Of a DNA stretch of 64,000 nucleotides, positions 29,201-43,450 are shown piece by piece (position 1 is the first letter of the stretch; every line of letters starts with the position of its first letter). The notes below the pieces were generated by a model. The model saw only the letters and a program-made list of their open reading frames with translations. It made no database searches and had not been told where the DNA came from. The stretch lies in the NCBI RefSeq assembly GCF_009914755.1, contig NC_060937.1; one strand, 5' to 3'. The translations under genes and the position numbers were made by a program. This stretch comes from the human T2T-CHM13v2.0 reference genome, Homo sapiens.

Positions 29201-32200
29201 ATTATATACTGTACATGAAATATCAAAGTTCACAAACTATATATTATATACTGTACATAAAATATCAAAGTACCCAAGGTATATATTCTATACTGTACAA
29301 AAAATATCAAAGTTCCCAAAGCATGTATTATATACTGTTAATAAAATATGAAAGTACATCAAATATATATTTAATTCTGTACATAAAATATCAAAGTACA
29401 CCAAATATATATTCTATAGTGTACATAAAATATCAAAGTACCCAAACTATACATTATATACTGTACATAAAATATGAAATTACATCAAATATATATTATA
29501 TTAGGTACATAAAATATGAAAGTACATCAAATATAGATTATATACTGTACATAAAATACCAAAGTACCCCAAATACATATTATATACTGTACATGAAATA
29601 TCAAAGTTCACAAACTATATATTGTATACTGTACATAAAATATCAAAGTACCGAAGGGATATATTCTATACTGTACAAAAAATATCAAAGTACCCAAAGC
29701 ATGTATTATATACTGTACATAAAATATGAAAGTACATGAAATATATATTTTATTCTGTACATAAAATATCAAAGTACACCAAATATATATTCTATAGTGT
29801 ACATAAAATATCAAAGTACCCAGACTATACATTATATACTGTACATAAAACATGAAATTACATCCAATATATATTATATTAGGTACATAAAATATGAAAG
29901 TACATCAAATATAAATTATATACTGTACATAAAATACCAAAGAACCCCAAATATATATTATATACTGTACATGAAATATCAAAGTTCACAAACTATATAT
30001 TATATACTGTACATAAAATATCAAAGTACCCAAGGTATATATTCTATACTGTACAAAAAATATCAAAGTACCCAAAGCATGTATTATATAGTGTATATAA
30101 AATATGAAAGTACATCAAATATATATTTAATTCTGTACATAAAATATCAAAGTACACCAAATATATATTCTATACTGTACATAAAATATCAAAGTACCCA
30201 AACTATACATTATATACTGTACATAAAATATGAAATTACATCAAATATATATTATATTAGGTACATAAAATATGAAAGTACATCAAATATAGATTATACA
30301 CTCTACATAAAATACCAAAGAACCCCAAATATATATTATATACTGTACATGAAATATCAAAGTTCACAAACTATATATTATATACTGTACATAAAATATC
30401 AAAGTACCCAAGGTATATATTCTATACTGTACAAAAAATATCAAAGTTCCCAAAGCATGTATTATATACTGTTAATAAAATATGAAAGTACATCAAATAT
30501 ATATTTAATTCTGTACATAAAATATCAAAGTACACCAAATATATATTCTATAGTGTACATAAAATATCAAAGTACCCAAACTATACATTATATACTGTAC
30601 ATAAAATATGAAATTACATCAAATATATATTTTATTAGGTACATAAAATATGAAAGTACATCAAATATAGATTATATACTGTACATAAAATACCAAAGTA
30701 CCCCAAATACATATTATATACTGTACATGAAATATCAAAGTTCACAAACTATATATTGTATACTGTACATAAAATATCAAAGTACCGAAGGGATATATTC
30801 TATACTGTACAAAAAATATCAAAGTACCCAAAGCATGTATTATATACTGTACATAAAATATGAAAGTACATGAAATATATATTTTATTCTGTACATAAAA
30901 TATCAAAGTACACCAAATATATATTCTATAGTGTACATAAAATATCAAAGTACCCAGACTATACATTATATACTGTACATAAAACATGAAATTACATCCA
31001 ATATATATTATATTAGGTACATAAAATATGAAAGTACATCAAATATAAATTATATACTGTACATAAAATACCAAAGAACCCCAAATATATATTATATACT
31101 GTACATGAAATATCAAAGTTCACAAACTATATATTATATACTGTACATAAAATATCAAAGTACCCAAGGTATATATTCTATACTGTACAAAAAATATCAA
31201 AGTACCCAAAGCATGTATTATATAGTGTATATAAAATATGAAAGTACATCAAATATATATTTAATTCTGTACATAAAATATCAAAGTACACCAAATATAT
31301 ATTCTATACTGTACATAAAATATCAAAGTACCCAAACTATACATTATATACTGTACATAAAATATGAAATTACATCAAATATATATTATATTAGGTACAT
31401 AAAATATGAAAGTACATCAAATATAGATTATACACTGTACATAAAATACCAAAGAACCCCAAATATATATTATATACTGTACATGAAATATCAAAGTTCA
31501 CAAACTATATATTATATAATGTACATAAAATATCAAAGTACCCAAGGTATATATTCTATACTGTACAAAAAATATCAAAGTACGCAAACATGTATTATAT
31601 ACTGTACATAAAATATGAAATTACATCAAATATATATTATATTAGGTACATAAAATATGAAAGTACATCAAATATACATTATATAATGTACATAAAATAC
31701 CAAAGTACCCCAAATATATATTATATACTGTACATGAAATATCAAAGTTCACAAACTATATATTATATACTGTACATAAAATATCAAAGTACCGAAGGGA
31801 TATATTCTATAATGTACAAAAAATATCAAAGTACCCAAAGCATGTATTATATACTGTACATAAAATATGAAAGTACATGAAATATATATTTTATTCTGTA
31901 CATAAAATATCAAAGTACACCAAATATATATTCTATAGTGTACATAAAATATCAAAGTACCCAGACTATACATTATATACTGTACATAAAACATGAAATT
32001 ACATCCAATATATATTATATTTGGTACATAAAATATGAAAGTACATCAAATATAAATTATATACTGTACATAAAATACCAAAGTACCCCAAATATATATT
32101 ATATACTGTACATGAAATATCAAAGTTCACAAACTATATATTATATACTGTACATAAAATATCAAAGTACCCAAGGTATATATTCTATACTGTACAAAAA

Positions 32201-35200
32201 ATATCAAAGTTCCCAAAGCATGTATTATATACTGTTAATAAAATATGAAAGTACATCAAATATATATTTAATTCTGTACATATAATATCAAAGTACACCA
32301 AATATATATTCTATAGTGTACATAAAATATCAAAGTACCCAAACTATACATTATATACTGTACATAAAATATGAAATTACATCAAATATATATTATATTA
32401 GGTACATAAAATATGAAAGTACATCAAATATATATTATATACTGTACATAAAATACCAAAGTACCCCAAATACATATTATATACTGTACATGAAATATCA
32501 AAGTTCACAAACTATATATTGTATACTGTACATAAAATATCAAAGTACCGAAGGGATATATTCTATACTGTACAAAAAATATCAAAGTACCCAAAGCATG
32601 TATTATATACTGTACATAAAATATGAAAGTACATGAAATATATATTTTATTCTGTACATAAAATATCAAAGTACACCAAATATATATTCTATAGTGTACA
32701 TAAAATATCAAAGTACCCAGACTATACATTATATACTGTACATAAAACATGAAATTACATCCAATATATATTATATTAGGTACATAAAATATGAAAGTAC
32801 ATCAAATATAAATTATATACTGTACATAAAATACCAAAGTACCCCAAATATATATTATATACTGTACATGAAATATCAAAGTTCACAAACTATATATTAT
32901 ATACTGTACATAAAATATCAAAGTACCCAAGGTATATATTCTATACTGTACAAAAAATATCAAAGTACCCAAAGCATGTATTATATAGTGTATATAAAAT
33001 AGGAAAGTACAACAAATATATATTTAATTCTGTACATAAAATATCAAAGTACACCAAATATATATTCTATAGTGTACATTAAATATCAAACTACCCAAAC
33101 TATACATTATATACTGTACATAAAATATGAAATTACATCAAATATATATTATATTAGGTACATAAAATATGAAAGTACATCAAATATAGATTATACACTG
33201 TACATAAAATACCAAAGAACCCCAAATATATATTATATACTGTACATGAAATATCAAAGTTCACAAACTATATATTATATAATGTACATAAAATATCAAA
33301 GTACCCAAGGTATATATTCTATACTGTACAAAAAATATCAAAGTACGCAAACATGTATTATATACTGTACATAAAATATGAAATTACATCAAATATATAT
33401 TATATTAGGTACATAAAATATGAAAGTACATCAAATATACATTATATAATGTACATAAAATACCAAAGTACCCCAAATATATATTATATACTGTACATGA
33501 AATATCAAAGTTCACAAACTATATATTATATACTGTACATAAAATATCAAAGTACCGAAGGGATATATTCTATAATGTACAAAAAATATCAAAGTACCCA
33601 AAGCATGTATTATATACTGTACATAAAATATGAAAGTACATGAAATATATATTTTATTCTGTACATAAAATATCAAAGTACACCAAATATATATTCTATA
33701 GTGTACATAAAATATCAAAGTATCCAGACTATACATTATATACTGTACATAAAACATGAAATTACATCCAATATATATTATATTTGGTACATAAAATATG
33801 AAAGTACATCAAATATAAATTATATACTGTACATAAAATACCAAAGTACCCCAAATATATATTATATACTGTACATGAAATATCAAAGTTCACAAACTAT
33901 ATATTATATACTGTACATAAAATATCAAAGTACCCAAGGTATATATTCTATACTGTACAAAAAATATCAAAGTTCCCAAAGCATGTATTATATACTGTTA
34001 ATAAAATATGAAAGTACATCAAATATATATTTAATTCTGTACATAAAATATCAAAGTACACCAAATATATATTCTATAGTGTACATAAAATATCAAAGTA
34101 CCCAAACTATACATTATATACTGTACATAAAATATGAAATTACATCAAATATATATTATATTAGGTACATAAAATATGAAAGTACATCAAATATATATTA
34201 TATACTGTACATAAAATACCAAAGTACCCCAAATACATATTATATACTGTACATGAAATATCAAAGTTCACAAACTATATATTGTATACTGTACATAAAA
34301 TATCAAAGTACCGAAGGGATATATTCTATACTGTACAAAAAATATCAAAGTACCCAAAGCATGTATTATATACTGTACATAAAATATGAAAGTACATGAA
34401 ATATATATTTTATTCTGTACATAAAATATCAAAGTACACCAAATATATATTCTATAGTGTACATAAAATATCAAAGTACCCAGACTATACATTATATACT
34501 GTACATAAAACATGAAATTACAACCAATATATATTATATTAGGTACATAAAATATGAAAGTACATCAAATATAAATTATATACTGTACATAAAATACCAA
34601 AGTACCCCAAATATATATTATATACTGTAAATGAAATATCAAAGTTCACAAACTATATATTATATACTGTACATAAAATATCAAAGTACCCAAGGTATAT
34701 ATTCTATACTGTACAAAAAATATCAAAGTACCCAAAGCATGTATTATATAGTGTATATAAAATATGAAAGTACATCAAATATATATTTAATTCTGTACAT
34801 AAAATATCAAAGTACACCAAATATATATTCTATAGTGTACATTAAATATCAAACTACCCAAACTATACATTATATACTGTACATAAAATATGAAATTACA
34901 TCAAATATATATTATATTAGGTACATAAAATATGAAAGTACATCAAATATAGATTATATACTGTACATAAAATACCAAAGAACCCCAAATATATATTATA
35001 TACTGTACATGAAATATCAAAGTTCACAAACTATATATTATATACTGTACATAAAATATCAAAGTACCCAAGGTATATATTCTATACTGTACAAAAAATA
35101 TCAAAGTACCCAAAGCATGTATTATATAGTGTATATAAAATATGAAAGTACATCAAATATATATTTAATTCTGTACATAAAATATCAAAGTACACCAAAT

Positions 35201-38200
35201 ATATATTCTATACTGTACATAAAATATCAAAGTACCCAAACTATACATTATATACTGTACATAAAATATGAAATTACATCAAATATATATTATATTATGT
35301 ACATAAAATATGAAAGTACATCAAATATAGATTATACACTGTACATAAAATACCAAAGAACCCCAAATCTATATTATATACTGTACATGAAATATCAAAG
35401 TTCACAAACTATATATTATATACTGTACATAAAATATCAAAGTACGCAAGGTATATATTCTATACTGTACAAAAAATATCAAAGTTCCCAAAGCATGTAT
35501 TATATACTGTTAATAAAATATGAAAGTACATCAAATATATATTTAATTCTGTACATAAAATATCAAAGTACACCAAATATATATTCTATAGTGTACATAA
35601 AATATCAAAGTACCCAAACTATACATTATATACTGTACATAAAATATGAAATTACATCAAATATATATTATATTAGGTACATAAAATATGAAAGTACATC
35701 AAATATATATTATATACTGTACATAAAATACCAAAGTACCCCAAATACATATTATATACTGTACATGAAATATCAAAGTTCACAAACTATATATTGTATA
35801 CTGTACATAAAATATCAAAGTACCGAAGGGATATATTCTATACTGTACAAAAAATATCAAAGTACCCAAAGCATGTATTATATACTGTACATAAAATATG
35901 AAAGTACATGAAATATATATTTTATTCTGTACATAAAATATCAAAGTACACCAAATATATATTCTATAGTGTACATAAAATATCAAAGTACCCAGACTAT
36001 ACATTATATACTGTACATAAAACATGAAATTACATCCAATATATATTATATTAGGTACATAAAATATGAAAGTACATCAAATATAAATTATATACTGTAC
36101 ATAAAATACCAAAGTACCCCAAATATATATTATATACTGTACATGAAATATCAAAGTTCACAAACTATATATTATATACTGTACATAAAATATCAAAGTA
36201 CCCAAGGTATATATTCTATACTGTACAAAAAATATCAAAGTACCCAAAGCATGTATTATATAGTGTATATAAAATATGAAAGTACATCAAATATATATTT
36301 AATTCTGTACATAAAATATCAAAGTACACCAAATATATATTCTATAGTGTACATTAAATATCAAACTACCCAAACTATACATTATATACTGTACATAAAA
36401 TATGAAATTACATCAAATATATATTATATTAGGTACATAAAATATGAAAGTACATCAAATATAGATTATACACTGTACATAAAATACCAAAGAACCCCAA
36501 ATATATATTATATACTGTACATGAAATATCAAAGTTCACAAACTATATATTATATACTGTACATAAAATATCAAAGTACCCAAGGTATATATTCTATACT
36601 GTACAAAAAATATCAAAGTACCCAAAGCATGTATTATATAGTGTATATAAAATATGAAAGTACATCAAATATATATTTAATTCTGTACATAAAATATCAA
36701 AGTACACCAAATATATATTCTATACTGTACATAAAATATCAAAGTACCCAAACTATACATTATATACTGTACATAAAATATGAAATTACATCAAATATAT
36801 ATTATATTAGGTACATAAAATATGAAAGTACATCAAATATATATTATATACTGTACATAAAATACCAAAGTACCCCAAATACATATTATATACTGTACAT
36901 GAAATATCAAAGTTCACAAACTATATATTGTATACTGTACATAAAATATCAAAGTACCGAAGGGATATATTCTATACTGTACAAAAAATATCAAAGTACC
37001 CAAAGCATGTATTATATACTGTACATAAAATATGAAAGTACATGAAATATATATTTTATTCTGTACATAAAATATCAAAGTACACCAAATATATATTCTA
37101 TAGTGTACATAAAATATCAAAGTACCCAGACTATACATTATATACTGTACATAAAACATGAAATTACATCCAATATATATTATATTAGGTACATAAAATA
37201 TGAAAGTACATCAAATATAAATTATATACTGTACATAAAATACCAAAGTACCCCAAATATATATTATATACTGTACATGAAATATCAAAGTTCACAAACT
37301 ATATATTATATACTGTACATAAAATATCAAAGTACCCAAGGTATATATTCTATACTGTACAAAAAATATCAAAGTACCCAAAGCATGTATTATATAGTGT
37401 ATATAAAATATGAAAGTACATCAAATATATATTTAATTCTGTACATAAAATATCAAAGTACACCAAATATATATTCTATAGTGTACATTAAATATCAAAC
37501 TACCCAAACTATACATTATATACTGTATATAAAATATGAAATTACATCAAATATATATTATATTAGGTACATAAAATATGAAAGTACATCAAATATAGAT
37601 TATACACTGTACATAAAATACCAAAGAACCCCAAATATATATTATATACTGTACATGAAATATCAAAGTTCACAAACTATATATTATATACTGTACATAA
37701 AATATCAAAGTACCCAAGGTATATATTCTATACTGTACAAAAAAATCAAAGTACCCAAAGCATGTATTATATAGTGTATATAAAATATGAAAGTACATCA
37801 AATATATATTTAATTCTGTACATAAAATATCAAAGTACACCAAATATATATTCTATACTGTACATAAAATATCAAAGTACCCAAACTATACATTATATAC
37901 TGTACATAAAATATGAAATTACATCAAATATATATTATATTAGGTACATAAAATATGAAAGTACATCAAATATAGATTATACACTGTACATAAAATACCA
38001 AAGAACCCCAAATATATATTATATACTGTACATGAAATATCAAAGTTCACAAACTATATATTATATACTGTACATAAAATATCAAAGTACCCAAGGTATA
38101 TATTCTATACTGTACAAAAAATATCAAAGTTCCCAAAGCATGTATTATATACTGTTAATAAAATATGAAAGTACATCAAATATATATTTAATTCTGTACA

Positions 38201-41200
38201 TAAAATATCAAAGTACACCAATTATATATTCTATAGTGTACATAAAATATCAAAGTACCCAAACTATACATTATATACTGTACATAAAATATGAAATTAC
38301 ATCAAATAAATATTATATTAGGTACATAAAATATGAAAGTACATCAAATATAGATTATATACTGTACATAAAATACCAAAGTACCCCAAATACATATTAT
38401 ATACTGTACATGAAATATCAAAGTTCACAAACTATATATTGTATACTGTACATAAAATATCAAAGTACCGAAGGGATATATTCTATACTGTACAAAAAAT
38501 ATCAAAGTACCCAAAGCATGTATTATATACTGTACATAAAATATGAAAGTACATGAAATATATATTTTATTCTGTACATAAAATATCAAAGTACACCAAA
38601 TATATATTCTATAGTGTACATAAAATATCAAAGTACCCAGACTATACATTATATACTGTACATAAAACATGAAATTACATCCAATATATATTATATTTGG
38701 TACATAAAATATGAAAGTACATCAAATATAAATTATATACTGTACATAAAATACCAAAGTACCCCAAATATATATTATATACTGTACATGAAATATCAAA
38801 GTTCACAAACTATATAATATATACTGTACATAAAATATCAAAGTACCCAAGGTATATATTCTATACTGTACAAAAAATATCAAAGTACCCAAAGCATGTA
38901 TTATATACTGTTAATAAAATATGAAAGTACATCAAATATATATTTTATTCTGTACATAAAATATCAAAGTACACCAAATATATATTCTATAGTGTACATA
39001 AAATATCAAAGTACCCAAACTATACATTATATACTGTACATAAAATATGAAATTACATCAAATATATATTATATTAGGTACATAAAATATGAAAGTACAT
39101 CAAATATATATTATATACTGTACATAAAATACCAAAGTACCCCAAATACATATTATATACTGTACATGAAATATCAAAGTTCACAAACTATATATTGTAT
39201 ACTGTACATAAAATATCAAAGTACCGAAGGGATATATTCTATAGTGTACAAAAAATATCAAAGTACCCAAAGCATGTATTATATACTGTACATAAAATAT
39301 GAAATTACATGAAATATATATTTTATTCTGTACATAAAATATCAAAGTACACCAAATATATATTCTATAGTGTACATAAAATATCAAAGTACCCAGACTA
39401 TACATTATATACTGTACATAAAACATGAAATTACATCCAATATATATTATATTAGGTACATAAAATATGAAAGTACATCAAATATAAATTATATACTGTA
39501 CATAAAATACCAAAGTACCCCAAATATATATCATATACTGTACATGAAATATCAAAGTTCACAAACTATATATTATATACTGTACATAAAATATCAAAGT
39601 ACCCAAGGTATATATTCTATACTGTACAAAAAATATCAAAGTACCCAAAGCATGTATTATATAGTGTATATAAAATATGAAAGTACATCAAATATATATT
39701 TAATTCTGTACATAAATTATCAAAGTACACCAAATATATATTCTATAGTGTACATTAAATATCAAACTACCCAAACTATACATTATATACTGTACATAAA
39801 ATATGAAATTACATCAAATATATATTATATTAGGTACATAAAATATGAAAGTACATCAAATATAGATTATACACTGTACATAAAATACCAAAGAACCCCA
39901 AATATATATTATATACTGTACATGAAATATCAAAGTTCACAAACTATATATTATATACTGTACATAAAATATCAAAGTACCCAAGGTATATATTCTATAC
40001 TGTACAAAAAATATCAAAGTACCCAAAGCATGTATTATATAGTGTATATAAAATATGAAAGTACATCAAATATATATTTAATTCTGTACATAAAATATCA
40101 AAGTACACCAAATATATATTCTATACTGTACATAAAATATCAAAGTACCCAAACTATACATTATATACTGTACATAAAATATGAAATTACATCAAATATA
40201 TATTATATTAGGTACATAAAATATGAAAGTACATCAAATATAGATTATACACTGTACATAAAATACCAAAGAACCCCAAATATATATTATATACTGTACA
40301 TGAAATATCAAAGTTCACAAACTATATATTATATAATGTACATAAAATATCAAAGTACCCAAGGTATATATTCTATACTGTACAAAAAATATCAAAGTAC
40401 GCAAACATGTATTATATACTGTACATAAAATATGAAATTACATCAAATATATATTATATTAGGTACATAAAATATGAAAGTACATCAAATATACATTATA
40501 TAATGTACATAAAATACCAAAGTACCCCAAATATATATTATATACTGTACATGAAATATCAAAGTTCACAAACTATATATTATATACTGTACATAAAATA
40601 TCAAAGTACCGAAGGGATATATTCTATAATGTACAAAGAATATCAAAGTACCCAAAGCATGTATTATATACTGTACATAAAATATGAAAGTACATGAAAT
40701 ATATATTTTATTCTGTACATAAAATATCAAAGTACACCAAATATATATTCTATAGTGTACATAAAATATCAAAGTACCCAGACTATACATTATATACTGT
40801 ACATAAAACATGAAATTACATCCAATATATATTATATTTGGTACATAAAATATGAAAGTACATCAAATATAAATTATATACTGTACATAAAATACCAAAG
40901 TACCCCAAATATATATTATATACTGTACATGAAATATCAAAGTTCACAAACTATATATTATATACTGTACATAAAATATCAAAGTACCCAAGGTATATAT
41001 TCTATACTGTACAAAAAATATCAAAGTTCCCAAAGCATGTATTATATACTGTTAATAAAATATGAAAGTACATCAAATATATATTTAATTCTGTACATAA
41101 AATATCAAAGTACACCAAATATATATTCTATAGTGTACATAAAATATCAAAGTACCCAAACTATACATTATATACTGTACATAAAATATGAAATTACATC

Positions 41201-43450
41201 AAATATATATTATATTAGGTACATAAAATATGAAAGTACATCAAATATAGATTATATACTGTACATAAAATACCAAAGTACCCCAAATACATATTATATA
41301 CTGTACATGAAATATCAAAGTTCACAAACTATATATTGTATACTGTACATAAAATATCAAAATACCGAAGGGATATATTCTATACTGTACAAAAAATATC
41401 AAAGTACCCAAAGCATGTATTATATACTGTACATAAAATATGAAAGTACATGAAATATATATTTTATTCTGTACATAAAATATCAAAGTACACCAAATAT
41501 ATATTCTATAGTGTACATAAAATATCAAAGTACCCAGACTATACATTATATACTGTACATAAAACATGAAATTACATCCAATATATATTATATTAGGTAC
41601 ATAAAATATGAAAGTACATCAAATATAAATTATATACTGTACATAAAATACCAAAGTACCCCAAATATATATTATATACTGTACATGAAATATCAAAGTT
41701 CACAAACTATATATTATATACTGTACATAAAATATCAAAGTACCCAAGGTATATATTCTATACTGTACAAAAAATATCAAAGTACCCAAAGCATGTATTA
41801 TATAGTGTATATAAAATATGAAAGTACATCAAATATATATTTAATTCTGTACATAAAATATCAAAGTACACCAAATATATATTCTATAGTGTACATTAAA
41901 TATCAAACTACCCAAACTATACATTATATACTGTACATAAAATATGAAATTACATCAAATATATATTATATTAGGTACATAAAATATGAAAGTACATCAA
42001 ATATAGATTATACACTGTACATAAAATACCAAAGAACCCCAAATATATATTATATACTGTACATGAAATATCAAAGTTCACAAACTATATATTATATACT
42101 GTACATAAAATATCAAAGTACCCAAGGTATATATTCTATACTGTACAAAAAATATCAAAGTACCCAAAGCATGTATTATATAGTGTATATAAAATATGAA
42201 AGTACATCAAATATATATTTAATTCTGTACATAAAATATCAAAGTACACCAAATATATATTCTATACTGTACATAAAATATCAAAGTACCCAAACTATAC
42301 ATTATATACTGTACAGAAAATATGAAATTACATCAAATATATATTATATTAGGTACATAAAATATGAAAGTACATCAAATATAGATTATACACTGTACAT
42401 AAAATACCAAAGAACCCCAAATATATATTATATACTGTACATGAAATATCAAAGTTCACAAACTATATATTATATAATGTACATAAAATATCAAAGTACC
42501 CAAGGTATATATTCTATACTGTACAAAAAATATCAAAGTACGCAAACATGTATTATATACTGTACATAAAATATGAAATTACATCAAATATATATTATAT
42601 TAGGTACATAAAATATGAAAGTACATCAAATATACATTATATAATGTACATAAAATACCAAAGTACCCCAAATATATATTATATACTGTACATGAAATAT
42701 CAAAGTTCACAAACTATATATTATATACTGTACATAAAATATCAAAGTACCGAAGGGATATATTCTATAATGTACAAAAAATATCAAAGTACCCAAAGCA
42801 TGTATTATATACTGTACATAAAATATGAAAGTACATGAAATATATATTTTATTCTGTACATAAAATATCAAAGTACACCAAATATATATTCTATAGTGTA
42901 CATAAAATATCAAAGTACCCAGACTATACATTATATACTGTACATAAAACATGAAATTACATCCAATATATATTATATTTGGTACATAAAATATGAAAGT
43001 ACATCAAATATAAATTATATACTGTACATAAAATACCAAAGTACCCCAAATATATATTATATACTGTACATGAAATATCAAAGTTCACAAACTATATATT
43101 ATATACTGTACATAAAATATCAAAGTACCCAAGGTATATATTCTATACTGTACAAAAAATATCAAAGTTCCCAAAACATGTATTATATACTGTTAATAAA
43201 ATATGAAAGTACATCAAATATATATTTAATTCTGTACATAAAATATCAAAGTACACCAAATATATATTCTATAGTGTACATAAAATATCAAAGTACCCAA
43301 ACTATACATTATATACTGTACATAAAATATGAAATTACATCAAATATATATTATATTAGGTACATAAAATATGAAAGTACATCAAATATAGATTATATAC
43401 TGTACATAAAATACCAAAGTACCCCAAATACATATTATATACTGTACATG
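14230..43450. repeat. Domain B: homogeneous array of a 2141-bp super-HOR (five 9-mers plus one 6-mer, minus 1 bp) and its length variants
   Basis: The junction marker ACGCAAACATG (1-bp deletion, with monomer 3 joined directly to monomer 7) has its ATG at 15093, 16478, 18618, 20759, 22900, 25041, 27181, 31590, 33353, 40407 and 42548. Spacings are 1385, 2140, 2141, 2141, 2141, 2140, 4409, 1763, 7054 and 2141. Other markers are GAAGGGATA, GTACATGAAATATATA, CCCAGACT, AAAACATGAAATTACATCCAA, TATTTGGTAC, AGTTCCCAAAG, TATTGTATA, TAGTGTATAT, TTTAATTC and TTATACACTG. Confidence 0.9.

Noticed and set aside
14230-43450. ~2.1-kb period as HSat1B/DYZ2 (~2.4-kb unit) or an alpha-satellite HOR
   Set aside because: There is no Alu-derived or GC-richer segment, no 171-bp monomer and no CENP-B box. 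The unit is made entirely of 42-bp monomers.
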